A stretch of 63,819 nt of DNA, the filler included. It is 9 parts of 9 records of this genome, joined end to end, with 100 filler letters (N's around TTAATTAATTAA, not from the genome) between each part and the next. Parts side by side here need not be neighbours in the genome. Positions count along the whole stretch, not along the records: positions 19,308 to 24,485 come from SRR31147125_50444; positions 24,586 to 31,143 come from SRR31147125_50455; positions 31,244 to 36,263 come from SRR31147125_50490; 6 more parts are not named here. One strand, given 5' to 3'. Shown piece by piece: positions 22,601 to 32,320 of the stretch (within the stretch, counting starts at the first letter, position 1; every line of letters starts with the position of its first letter). The translations under genes were made by a program, and so were the position numbers. The notes under the pieces are model-generated. The model was not told the DNA's origin, ran no database searches, and worked only from the letters and a program-made list of their open reading frames with translations.

Positions 22601-22682
22601 GGCGGGGAACAATGTGAATGTCATGCTCTGGGATTACAACGGCGGTTCCGGTCAGAAGTGGTTTCTGGAGCCGGTGAGATAA
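19617..22682 (+). CDS. Large secreted protein with four C-terminal ricin-B (beta-trefoil) lectin domains
   Basis: GTG start after GAGGG; signal peptide; repeated QxW motifs (NQMW, GQTW, GQKW, NQLW); two ~300-aa tandem modules of clear similarity. Confidence 0.8.
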   Translation: MNQFKPVLLILLLVLGAAALTAQTIEIPGVGAVGFEKINSTTYSVSIPNLGTYDFEGHYNSPSDFDLAATLPIGDFTDYIPGIGQLLGVLGLDSVEYRIKQTGLGLKIHLESGGLGFLRGTVTEALSEVDVLRVAIDGIISVLELETLDLTGQVMDGKLIGKVQGVISLATAEIGFNTGEGELSVSAIVDSIVDSVLPAAMDFVGDLVEAAYDAVADAAEEAADFAMDAAEDLIREVGVIAHDVSTSVSHGSHSFSKCYNDCTRNYANSQRNPMLEGSNRVFQEFYNRVYRDIRKINGVDANDTRVKRNNLIYADWNNLVTTFDNKWAGIRNDDEVENYFFKSSSERRARDRYRGMIDESWGQNRAFRDGLYSRLMTMTAPVRLTRTSQEALSMLATAAKTGRAVQFLHTDTDVAWDLSWNNDTVSERDGANITYWDKHHGANQMWYLVPTRVQDTYHIQSAATGKFIHIGNANDRSGSNILTWDGYGAPQTTFRAFADNNGYITWMTENGNAFDLAGGNPVTGTNLQIWTPNHSSAQKVYLDFPTEQPVLKPGLYRIRSAGRGSHYLITDPVERDGVNAMLYSENDHIGQTWYIRGAHYRDGKITYSLFNLGSNRYVHTEGARFDRGTNLLGWSGVGGENTSYFFLPQDDGTFVLQALGGQVFDVEGGGDAAGNHTNVRLWDYNGNSGQKWYLEPVEEDPAAVLADRHAGWAAKEDLQNWAADGKAIYISLMDHDLVCDVAWGDEAVQGRDGVNVGFYTRHHGTNQLWYPVPAGSRDTYYFQSAATGKFLHIKDDQDRAGTSLEITDGSSSPGTAFRIYGEKDGSLIFQTQNGNLLAMEGKIPESGRDLLLKNARSNENIRFHLSLPLVQPEVKAGLYRIRSAGAGRHYLITDPSEMNGVNVMLYQQNNHIGQTWFIQGSYSMEGRNTFSLYNRGSHRYIHTENARFDQGTNLLGWSGVGGENTAYCFLLQEDGSYVIQAKGGRVFDVAGGGHMAGNNVNVMLWDYNGGSGQKWFLEPVR

Positions 22683-22690
22683 TATACGAC

Positions 22691-22727
22691 AGGAGCCGGA
22701 TTTTTAGTTCCAATTCCGGCTCCTTTT
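22691..22727 (+). terminator. Rho-independent terminator
   Basis: AGGAGCCGGA...TCCGGCTCCT followed by a T-run, between convergent genes. Confidence 0.7.
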
Positions 22728-22752
22728 AAACTATCCGATTTAGCCGGTTCGA

Positions 22753-23525
<773 letters not shown>

Positions 23526-23615
23526 AATTACCCCTAATGTATTTTCTTGCAAAATAGTGAATCTACCGTATAATGTTATTAAAGGCCTTTTTACAATAAT
23601 ACTTTGGCGGCAATA

Positions 23616-23633
23616 AATTGTAAATTTACAATT
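23616..23633. promoter_or_regulatory. Candidate TetR operator
   Basis: Perfect 18-bp palindrome AATTGTAAATTTACAATT between divergent SDR and TetR genes. Confidence 0.5.
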
Positions 23634-23689
23634 CGAACGGCTTGTCAATGAAGTTTACAAATCAGTTATTCTGTAAGCATTAATATGAG

Positions 23690-24244
23690 GTGACAAGAAT
23701 GATTAAGGCTGACACAAAAAAAATCCTGATCAGCAGCTTTGAGGAACTTGTCAAGGAAAGAGCCTTAGACAGCATCACGGTGCAGGACATAGTTCAAAAC
23801 TGCGGTGCTTCCAGAACAACATTTTACTACCATTTTAAAGATAAATATGATCTGATGCTCTGGGAATTCAAGAAACATACAGAGAAAAAAGAGAAATGCG
23901 CTGAAGACTTATCTCTAGAAGAAGCGATTCTTTCTGCCCTACACTTTTTTTTAGAGAATAGAGATTATTATTCTAAGATTGCTGCTTATGAAGGACAGAA
24001 TTCGCTAAGCGAATTCTGCAATATATATGGTATAAATGCGTTTCAAGCCATTTTTTCAAGAAACCTGAGAGAAACAAACCTCCCCGAAGAACTCGTCTAT
24101 TCCATTAAGTATTTTTGTTCCGGTTCAACTTTTATTAATATGGAATGGATAAAATCCGGGATGACGGAACAGCCCGATAAAATTGCTCTGTTTATCATAA
24201 ACAATATTCCGGATCCAATATTGGAGTTCTGGCCAAAACATTAG
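23690..24244 (+). CDS. TetR/AcrR-family regulator (DhaS-like C-terminus)
   Basis: ITVQDIVQNCGASRTTFYYHFKDKYDL HTH. Confidence 0.9.
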   Translation: MTRMIKADTKKILISSFEELVKERALDSITVQDIVQNCGASRTTFYYHFKDKYDLMLWEFKKHTEKKEKCAEDLSLEEAILSALHFFLENRDYYSKIAAYEGQNSLSEFCNIYGINAFQAIFSRNLRETNLPEELVYSIKYFCSGSTFINMEWIKSGMTEQPDKIALFIINNIPDPILEFWPKH

Positions 24245-24295
24245 ACATTTCTTCCGAGAAAACAGAGAAACCGAATTTTTCATTCTCTGAAAGTT

Positions 24296-24485
24296 TTATA
24301 CCTTACGACTCTGAAGCATCTCTGCTTTTTTATCCGGTTTTTTGTCAAGTTCAATATCCTCCGGACGAACCCCTTTGTCCTTCAGTTTTCCAATGACATC
24401 ATCAAGAAACGCATCACTTCCCACGATATAGCAGATCGGCTTCTCATCAAAGGGAAGCGTCTTGAAATCATTATTAAAACTCTCT
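24296..24485 (-). CDS. C-terminus of probable FNR-like FAD/NAD-binding oxidoreductase (partial; absent from ORF track)
   Basis: Manual translation ...PICYIVGSDAFLDDVIGKLKDKGVRPEDIELDKK...*. Confidence 0.5.
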
Positions 24486-24585
24486 NNNNNNNNNNNNNNN
24501 NNNNNNNNNNNNNNNNNNNNNNNNNNNNNTTAATTAATTAANNNNNNNNNNNNNNNNNNNNNNNNNNNNNNNNNNNNNNNNNNNN
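24486..24585. other. Artificial contig linker
   Basis: N44-TTAATTAATTAA-N44. Confidence 0.99.
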
Positions 24586-24802
24586 AAAAATTGAAAATCC
24601 TGTTGAAATGATAAAATGGGATGGAGTTAAAAAATCGGAACCAAAAGCCTTTGCCATTAGCTGGGACGAATTAGGTATTAGCGGAGAACAAAACGTTAGA
24701 GATTTATGGAGGCAGGAAGACATTGGGAAACACTCGGACAAACTACAGATTGAAGTAAAATATCACGGGGTATTTTTAGCTAAGATTTCGCCTGTTAATT
24801 AA
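24586..24802 (+). CDS. C-terminal beta-sandwich of GH27 alpha-galactosidase-like protein (partial)
   Basis: WDELGISGEQNVRDLWRQEDIG...HGVFLAKI. Confidence 0.7.
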
Positions 24803-24833
24803 GATTGAACAAACGTTTTTATAAATAATATGG

Positions 24834-24866
24834 AAGAGGCTATCTCAGTAGGGGTGGCCTCTTTAT
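24834..24866 (+). terminator. Rho-independent terminator
   Basis: AAGAGGCTATCTC-AGTA-GGGGTGGCCTCTT stem (with G-U pairs) and T-rich tail. Confidence 0.6.
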
Positions 24867-25150
24867 ATTTAAAATGAACTTTCCACCTGCATAAAATTTC
24901 CCGATTTGTCGGTAAAAAATCCCGGTTCTTCTATTTCATTCTGCCATAGTGTTGCATACTACTATTTTCGCTATAAGAATTAAAAGGCAAAGCAATAAGA
25001 TAAAAAAAATATTATTCAGGTTGGGCAAGTATAACAGCAAACCTGAATACGACTGATGCTTTGTGCCACGAATGAAATTATCCGAAAAATTACAAATCAG
25101 CTTAACCTAAATTGGTACTTTTGGTTTTTCTGTAAGATTGAATTTGAACA

Positions 25151-26224
25151 ATGACATCAATATCAAACAAAAAGAACTTAGCAGTTATACTTCATATTTT
25201 AGCATGGGTGGTGCTAATTATTCTTCCGCAAATAATTATTAACAGGTATTGGGGTAACAATCAATTTATAGATTGGCGTTTTTATATTAATGCGTTTATA
25301 TATGGATTTATCTTTTACGTTAATTTCCTTTGGCTTATTCCTAAGTACTATTTTAAAAAGAACAAACTTGTTTATTGGATTTTGGCGGCATTAGTTCTTG
25401 TGGCTGGCTACTACATAGGAAAGTTTAGCAATGAGCTTTTTCACGATCCGGAAAGAGAAAGGATAATGAACGAGGCCTTTGATAAATTAAATAATATTAA
25501 GAGGCCACGACCACCATTCCCCGAGATGCAAGGGTATTACACAATTCTTATTGGTATGTGTATAACAGGTTTTTCAATAGGACTTAAATTAATTGAGCAA
25601 CAATCGGTTAACGAAAAACGCCAAAAAGAGTTGGAAAAAGAAAAGCTTAATTCTGAACTGGCGTTTCTGAAAAACCAGGTAAGTCCGCATTTCTTTTTTA
25701 ATACCTTAAATAATATTTACTCGCTTGTTGAAATTAATACTGCCGATGCGCAGGCTTCCATTTTAAAGCTTTCTAAAATGATGCGTTATCTGTTGTATGA
25801 ATCGGAAAATGGAGAGGTGCGATTAAGTAATGAAATTGATTTTATGAAGCACTACATTGATTTGATGCAACTGCGCCTGTCGAAAAAAGTGGAAGTGGAT
25901 ATACAGTTCCCCGAAAAATTTAACGACCATAAAATTCCACCTTTGTTGTTTATTACATTTGTTGAAAATGCTTTTAAACACGGAATTAGTTATCGGGCAG
26001 AATCTTTTATACGAATGAATTTGCAAACAGAGAAAGAAAAAATTACCTTTTTCTGTACCAATAGTATAGGGCGTACCAGCGAAGAATTAGATGAAAAGAA
26101 TTCGGGAATTGGGCTGCAAAATGTAAGAAAACGTTTGAATTTGCTGTTCCCCGAAAAACACGACCTGAAGATTACATCTACTAAAGAAAGTTTTACTGTT
26201 TTGCTAAACCTTGAATTAAATTAA
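25151..26224 (+). CDS. LytS-family sensor histidine kinase
   Basis: N-terminal TMs, LKNQVSPHFFFNTLNNIY, FVENAFKHG, SGIGLQNV. Confidence 0.93.
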   Translation: MTSISNKKNLAVILHILAWVVLIILPQIIINRYWGNNQFIDWRFYINAFIYGFIFYVNFLWLIPKYYFKKNKLVYWILAALVLVAGYYIGKFSNELFHDPERERIMNEAFDKLNNIKRPRPPFPEMQGYYTILIGMCITGFSIGLKLIEQQSVNEKRQKELEKEKLNSELAFLKNQVSPHFFFNTLNNIYSLVEINTADAQASILKLSKMMRYLLYESENGEVRLSNEIDFMKHYIDLMQLRLSKKVEVDIQFPEKFNDHKIPPLLFITFVENAFKHGISYRAESFIRMNLQTEKEKITFFCTNSIGRTSEELDEKNSGIGLQNVRKRLNLLFPEKHDLKITSTKESFTVLLNLELN

Positions 26225-26226
26225 AA

Positions 26227-26946
26227 ATGATTAGAACAATTGCCATAGACGACGAACCTCTTGCCTTGCAACTGGTTAGCGGGTACATCGAAAAAACGCC
26301 TTCTCTTGAACTTGTTGGCGCTTTCGATAATCCGATGGATGCCATGGATTTTTTAGGCAATAATGAGGTGGACCTGATATTTCTCGATATTCACATGCCC
26401 GATTTAAATGGAATTGAGTTTACCCGAATTTTGATAAACCGCCCGAAAATTGTTTTTACAACGGCTTACGAACGTTATGCCCTTGAGGGATTTAAGTTAG
26501 ACGCAGTTGACTACCTGTTAAAACCTTTTGCTTACGAAGACTTTTTCAAGGCTGCCGAAAAGGCAAAAAAACTAATAGGTTACGAACAGGCCGATAAACA
26601 AAAGGAGGTAATAGAAGCAAATAACGAGTTTCTTTTCCTGAAATCGGAATATAAAATAAGGCGCATAAATTTTAACGACATTTTGTATATCGAAGGATTA
26701 AAAGATTACATAAAAGTTTACCTGCAACACGAAACAAAACCAATTTTATCTTTGAGTTCGTTAAAAGCGCTCGAAGCAAAACTCCCCGAATCGAAATTTA
26801 TTCGTGTTCACCGCTCATTTATCGTTAACCTTGAAAAGGTAGAAACCATAGACCGTAGTCGTATTGTTTTCGGAAAGGTTTATATTCCGGTTGGCGACCA
26901 ATACAAAGAAGCTTTTCAGGCTTTTGTAAAGAAAAATTTTTTGTAG
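26227..26946 (+). CDS. LytTR-family response regulator
   Basis: IDDEPLA, FLDIHMP, DYLLKP, FIRVHRSFIVN. Confidence 0.95.
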   Translation: MIRTIAIDDEPLALQLVSGYIEKTPSLELVGAFDNPMDAMDFLGNNEVDLIFLDIHMPDLNGIEFTRILINRPKIVFTTAYERYALEGFKLDAVDYLLKPFAYEDFFKAAEKAKKLIGYEQADKQKEVIEANNEFLFLKSEYKIRRINFNDILYIEGLKDYIKVYLQHETKPILSLSSLKALEAKLPESKFIRVHRSFIVNLEKVETIDRSRIVFGKVYIPVGDQYKEAFQAFVKKNFL

Positions 26947-26947
26947 G

Positions 26948-27665
26948 CTAATTCAACAAACCTTCTTGTTCCAGCAGAGTAACAGCTTTAATTAAGGTAG
27001 GTTCATCTAAAACGGTTAGCTTGTTTTTTCTGAGTAGCTTTCTAATCTCTTTTTTATGCTCGGGTAATAAGTGCGTAAGCGATTTTCGTTTTGGCTGAAC
27101 TTTGGAATATTTACCTTTTGCAGAATATAAAAAATAATCGCAATTGTGGTCTGAATTCGGTGTCGCGCATAATCTGGTTTCTATCAAGATAAGGACTAAC
27201 TTTTAGTTCTCGTAAAGTGTGATAAGCCAGTAACTTATTCTTGCCGGAGTATAATTCGCGGAAATAGCGTGAGGTTTTATTAAAAGATTTGTAGGGTAAA
27301 TTTAGAAATAGTACTTCTTTCCCGTTCACCTGATACGAAAAGGATTGAACGATCTCTTTGTCTACCGAAAACAGAGTATTCCGGTTTTTATTAAACAGAA
27401 TTAATTCATCGTAGCGATGGTTGTAACGAAAGCGCAGATTCTCGAATTTGTCGCCATCGTTTAAAGTAACACCACCGGTTACCCAATCGTCTTGCAAGAA
27501 AAAATAGCTGTTCGATTCTGCCGTTATGTAGTATGAAACTCCCATTAATTTTCCTTGCAGTCGGTTCGACTTTTCGCTCAGGTTATTCCAGTATAGTCCT
27601 GAGTTTTGTCCATACACACAAGCTGAAAATAGCAGCAAAATTCCTATGATAATTCTTTTCATCAT
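26948..27665 (-). CDS. Secreted hypothetical protein, frameshifted
   Basis: Signal peptide; ORFs 27111..27665 and 26948..27187 overlap and join through an indel at ~27150. Confidence 0.6.
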
Positions 27666-29308
27666 TCTACTTCTATTATTCGTGATGTTTTAACCGGTTT
27701 ATTATCCGATGTAATTCCTTCAACCACAATTTCAACATTTCCTTTAAAATCAGATAAATTGAAATTAAATGTATTCGTAGTATCAACATTCAGTGTTTTC
27801 CAAAGGTAAACCTGGCGAATGTCGGGCTCTGTAGCTTTTAATTGGCCGGTGCTGTTGTGTGGTTCTTTATCGGGCTGCAAACAAGGTATGTCAAACTGAA
27901 AAATGTTACTTTGTTGCGCCATCCACAAATTCGATTTATCTCTGAGCGACACAGCCATAATGCCCATAAATACAAGGTCGCCAAAAACGCGTTCGTTCTG
28001 AATTAAATCGATATATGCAATGTCGGTTGATTTTAAAGAAGTAAGTAAACTGTTTTTAAAGATAGGAACTCCATTTAGTAGTCGAAGCGGTTCGTTTTCG
28101 AAAATCATTTTTAACGCAGGACAAATCATTCTAAAATACACTTCCCCGTTTTTTTCTCTGTACTGAAGTCCCGGTAATAACTCACGCGAGATTTCTTTAA
28201 AATCGGGCAAATCGAAAAACTCGTCAGGAATAATGCGCTTTTCCGGTGGGCCGTAAAATGGGAATTCAAATCGTTGTGGCTTATAAAAATCATCGGTATA
28301 CGAAAAAGGCGACGGATTAAACAACTTATTTATAAAATTACCTTTTATAAAATCGCCAATAAAATCTGATTCTTTTTTTGTTAGAATTCGTTGGTTAACA
28401 GGTAAATTACAAGTTAGTTGTAAGGTGTTAAAGCAGGGATGAATTTTGTATAATCCATAATTTTCAGATGCCGTTTGCATAACAATACCTGCAGTTCCGC
28501 GTGCTTCTTTCAGGAAAAAGTGATAATCGCCATTCTCTCCGGTAACGCAATAATCGAAGTAAGGCGGTTCTTCGGAAATTGAAAGTAATACCAGCTCATT
28601 TTTTACCGGACGGTTTTCTTCGTCTTTAACAAAACCGCTTAGAATTAAACCATTTTTCTCTTCAACTTGTGGAATTTCAGGATAAACACCCGATGCAGTG
28701 CAATCAACTCGTCCGCCCAGTGCATGCGACAGAGGATCGACTAAACGTGCAGTAATAATGGCGTTTTTAATATTCTTATTCTGAATAGAAACCTTTCCGC
28801 TTACTTGTTCGCGTGTGTTGTATTTTAATTTTTCGGTAATAATCTGAATTGCCTTTTCTGCTTCTGTTTTTTTTATTCCATTTTCATCAGGAACCGGAAA
28901 TTCAGCAATTCCATTCTCGAATCGATTATAAACAAAAAGTGTTTTTCCGTGGATTGTAAAATCTTTCTCGTTACGCTGAATATTAATAAAAGGCGATACA
29001 AAATATAAACCGGAACTTAATGAATCGGGAATATGAATAAAACCTTCGGCCCAGCCATTTTTACAAATTTTTGCCACGTTGGCAATAGGATTGCCCGTGT
29101 TAGAGTCGAGCTGAACATGTACAACATTATTACGTTTTTCTATTTCGGTGGGTATTTTTACCTTAAACCACAGCGTATCGCCCGAAATGCAAAACTCCTT
29201 GTCGGTAAACAGAACTAATTCTCCGCTTATTGAATTATTCTGAGCCTGCCCGCAAAGAAATGCAAAAAACAATGCACAAAAGGATAATATTTTTTTACAA
29301 CTATTCAT
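27662..29308 (-). CDS. Bacteroidota MG2-like/plug-associated exported protein
   Basis: LFTDKEFCISGDTLWFK, IPDSLSSGLY, PDIRQVYLW, SDFKG..VVEGIT; typical partner of DUF4249. Confidence 0.6.
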   Translation of the reverse strand: MNSCKKILSFCALFFAFLCGQAQNNSISGELVLFTDKEFCISGDTLWFKVKIPTEIEKRNNVVHVQLDSNTGNPIANVAKICKNGWAEGFIHIPDSLSSGLYFVSPFINIQRNEKDFTIHGKTLFVYNRFENGIAEFPVPDENGIKKTEAEKAIQIITEKLKYNTREQVSGKVSIQNKNIKNAIITARLVDPLSHALGGRVDCTASGVYPEIPQVEEKNGLILSGFVKDEENRPVKNELVLLSISEEPPYFDYCVTGENGDYHFFLKEARGTAGIVMQTASENYGLYKIHPCFNTLQLTCNLPVNQRILTKKESDFIGDFIKGNFINKLFNPSPFSYTDDFYKPQRFEFPFYGPPEKRIIPDEFFDLPDFKEISRELLPGLQYREKNGEVYFRMICPALKMIFENEPLRLLNGVPIFKNSLLTSLKSTDIAYIDLIQNERVFGDLVFMGIMAVSLRDKSNLWMAQQSNIFQFDIPCLQPDKEPHNSTGQLKATEPDIRQVYLWKTLNVDTTNTFNFNLSDFKGNVEIVVEGITSDNKPVKTSRIIEVE

Positions 29309-30380
29309 TCGGATATCTTTTTGATGAATATTCCCAAAAATCAGGTTGTGTTCCTACTTCTTCACCACTATCAGGAATATCATAAAAATAAGGTATAGGC
29401 TTAAATACTATCGATGTATCTACTGCATTATATTTCACAAAATAACGTCGCTCTTTAATGGTAGAAATTTCAAAATTACCAAGTATAATTTGGTCAGCAT
29501 CGTTTGTACAGCTTATATTGCTCCGGGCTTGTACATACAGGGGATCGAACAAGCGACCATCAGACTCCAATTGATTGTTTAGGTCAGCATAGTAGTCGTA
29601 TGCCGATTTCGATAATCCATACTGGTACAAAACAACAATCCATCCGGAAAAACTTTCGCCGGATTGTAAGTAGGCATTTTCTTCGCAAAAATATAAGGGG
29701 TGCTTTTCTATATCTGTAACAGTCGAATATTCAGGTGGTGCAGCAATATTAAATGTTTCTTGCGGTGTAAAAGTTTTCCATGCGTAAACTGTTTCAGGCA
29801 CCGGTTCGCCCATCATCATAATTTCAATTTCGTAGGTATACTGCATTATTTTTTTTGCTGTAAAACGATAGTATGGCATTTCTGTTTCCGAAAAAATATC
29901 GGCATGTAGCATTGCGCCTTCTTTTTCACTTTTATCGGATATATCAGTGGCTCCGTCGAGTAAAGTTACCTGGGTTTCAGGAACTCCGTATACGGTATCG
30001 AGAACCGGGGGCTTTGGCACCGATTCAAAATTTGATTCAAAAGTATTACTCGCGTATTCAATTTTTATTTTATAACTAAGCGTAGAATCGAGCTCGACGT
30101 TGACATTAAAATTGCCGGTACTGGTTTCAGGAAGTTCGAATTCATTGTTGTTACTGTCAATCAAAGTAACATTACCTCCGTTTATTGAAGGATAAACATT
30201 TGAATCGTCGTTAAAATTTAACGATTGAGAGAGTTCAATATAATTATTATCCGCTCCATAAATAATACGTGCCTCAACAACCAGCACATTTTCCATTTCG
30301 TCGAGGTCGGCATCGTACACATCTTCGCAAGCTGTTGCAAAAAGTGCCATTAGAAAACTATATATAATCCACCTTTTCAT
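29301..30380 (-). CDS. DUF4249-family lipoprotein
   Basis: Lipobox FATAC, LVVEARI, QYGLSKSAYDYY, LFDP..SNISC..ILGNF. Confidence 0.85.
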   Translation of the reverse strand: MKRWIIYSFLMALFATACEDVYDADLDEMENVLVVEARIIYGADNNYIELSQSLNFNDDSNVYPSINGGNVTLIDSNNNEFELPETSTGNFNVNVELDSTLSYKIKIEYASNTFESNFESVPKPPVLDTVYGVPETQVTLLDGATDISDKSEKEGAMLHADIFSETEMPYYRFTAKKIMQYTYEIEIMMMGEPVPETVYAWKTFTPQETFNIAAPPEYSTVTDIEKHPLYFCEENAYLQSGESFSGWIVVLYQYGLSKSAYDYYADLNNQLESDGRLFDPLYVQARSNISCTNDADQIILGNFEISTIKERRYFVKYNAVDTSIVFKPIPYFYDIPDSGEEVGTQPDFWEYSSKRYPNE

Positions 30381-31143
30381 TAAAATCTGAAATTATAAGT
30401 TAACGACGGAATCGGAATGCCAATTACCGAAAGTTTGTATAATGAATATCTTCTATAATCGTTATTCTGGTTTGGTGTCGATTTTTTATAATAAACAGAA
30501 TACGGATTGTTCCTGCTGTAAACGTTATAAACCGACAATGTCCAGCTTCCTTTCCACATGCGTTTTTTGCGCAGGTTCTCGTCGAATGTAATCGATAGGT
30601 CGAGCCTGTGATAAGGAGGCATTCTGTATTTGTTTCGTTCGGAATAGTACACTAAATCTTCACCGGCATAGCTGTATTTTATTTCGGGAAGTGTTGTTGG
30701 GCGCCCGGAGATAAACACAAAATTACCAGAAAACCTCCATCTGCGGCTAATATTGTAGGTAGCATTAAGCGAAAAATCGTGTGGCTTGTCGTAAATCGAC
30801 GGGTAATATTTTCCATCCCAAAAGTTTTCTTCATCAAACTGACTTTCGTTTCTGCGTTTGGTTCTGGAATAAACGTAACTTGCAAAACCTGTTAACCTGC
30901 CTGTTTTCTTTTGGGCACTTAGTTCAATTCCATACGAAAAACCATTGGTCGGAATTAACGCTGTTTCAATGTGTTCATTCATTATTAGCTGGGCACCATT
31001 TTTATACTCAATAAGGTTTTGCAAACGCTTGTAATACACTTCGGCTTCAAAATCAACATCTTTTAGCCACGAATCGTTTTCTACTCCAACTGCTATTTGG
31101 TCGCTAATTAAAGGTTTTAAATGGTAATCGGCAGCTTTCCATA
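30380..31143 (-). CDS. TonB-dependent receptor, C-terminal part
   Basis: SYGIEL, SGRPTT, RMPPYHRLDLS, SVYNVYSRNN, C-terminal TYNFRF. Confidence 0.88.
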
Positions 31144-31243
31144 NNNNNNNNNNNNNNNNNNNNNNNNNNNNNNNNNNNNNNNNNNNNTTAATTAATTAAN
31201 NNNNNNNNNNNNNNNNNNNNNNNNNNNNNNNNNNNNNNNNNNN
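31144..31243. other. Artificial contig linker
   Basis: N44-TTAATTAATTAA-N44. Confidence 0.99.
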
Positions 31244-31272
31244 AGAGGTACTTGGTAAAAAGGAGGCTGCTA

Positions 31273-32184
31273 ATGGCTAGACAAACTGGTCTTGGACGTG
31301 GATTGGGTGCTCTTTTAAATGAAGACGCATTTGATGAAGTAGGCCTTAATGAATCTTCTATAGATGATGATGCGATTGCTCTTTCTAGTATTAAAGGTAA
31401 AGTTTTAGAGCTTTCTATAAGCGATATTGATACTTATGAGGATCAACCAAGAAAAAGCTTTGATCAAGAAAAGCTAGAGGAGCTTGCGCAGTCAATAAAA
31501 ACACATGGTGTAGTTCAGCCAATTATCGTTAGAAAAAGTGGTAATAGATATACTATTATTGCTGGGGAGAGAAGATATAGAGCAAGTAGAATTGCTAAAC
31601 TTAAAACTGTTCCTGCAATAGTAAAAGAGATTGATTCTAAGCAACAACTCGAAATATCTATTATAGAAAACTTACAAAGAGAAAATTTAAATCCTTTGGA
31701 AGAAGCCGCTGCAATAAAACTTTTGATGACACAATATGATTTAACACAGGAAAAAGTTTCTGAAAGAATAGGTAAAAGCAGATCTGCTATTGCAAATATT
31801 TTAAGGTTACTGCAATTGCCCGAAAAAGTTAGATTGATGATTTATGAAGGAAAGCTTTCTACAGGACATGCAAAGTGTTTAGGCGGACTTTCAAGTGATA
31901 CAGAAAAAAATGAGGCTGCGGAGAAAGTTGTTGAGCAGGGACTTTCTGTAAGAGATACAGAAAAGATGGTTAGAAAGATTAACAAGGCAGGGGATTTATC
32001 TGATACAAAGCAGAAAAAACCTGTGCAATCCCAATCTGAAGTTACCGAAGTGGAAACAAAAATGTCGAACGCTTTGGAAACAAGAGTAAAGCTAAACGGA
32101 GATTTTAACAAAGGAAAGATTGTTATCGAATATTATAACAAAGAGCAATTAGATGCTTTATACACATATCTAACCAATAAATAG
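31273..32184 (+). CDS. parB: Chromosome partitioning protein ParB/Spo0J
   Basis: GLGRGLGALL, QPRKSF, IAGERRYRA, IENLQRENLNPLEEA, GKSRSAIAN; RBS AGGAGG. Confidence 0.96.
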   Translation: MARQTGLGRGLGALLNEDAFDEVGLNESSIDDDAIALSSIKGKVLELSISDIDTYEDQPRKSFDQEKLEELAQSIKTHGVVQPIIVRKSGNRYTIIAGERRYRASRIAKLKTVPAIVKEIDSKQQLEISIIENLQRENLNPLEEAAAIKLLMTQYDLTQEKVSERIGKSRSAIANILRLLQLPEKVRLMIYEGKLSTGHAKCLGGLSSDTEKNEAAEKVVEQGLSVRDTEKMVRKINKAGDLSDTKQKKPVQSQSEVTEVETKMSNALETRVKLNGDFNKGKIVIEYYNKEQLDALYTYLTNK

Positions 32185-32213
32185 TTTAACAAAATCGAAT
32201 ATAATGCAAAATT

Positions 32214-32239
32214 AAAAACCGCAGTTTATTGCGGTTTTT
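32214..32239. terminator. Bidirectional terminator
   Basis: AAAAACCGCA-GTTTAT-TGCGGTTTTT between convergent genes. Confidence 0.7.
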
Positions 32240-32244
32240 CTATA

Positions 32245-32260
32245 TGTTCCACATGGAACA
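32245..32260. promoter_or_regulatory. parS site 1
   Basis: TGTTCCACATGGAACA resembles the parS consensus TGTTNCACGTGAAACA; lies 60 bp after parB. Confidence 0.8.
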
Positions 32261-32281
32261 TTTTCCTTATACAAAATGTTG

Positions 32282-32297
32282 TGTTCCATGTGGAACA
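32282..32297. promoter_or_regulatory. parS site 2
   Basis: TGTTCCATGTGGAACA, the exact reverse complement of site 1. Confidence 0.8.
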
Positions 32298-32320
32298 CAA
32301 TACAATTTAAAAAAGTTAAA

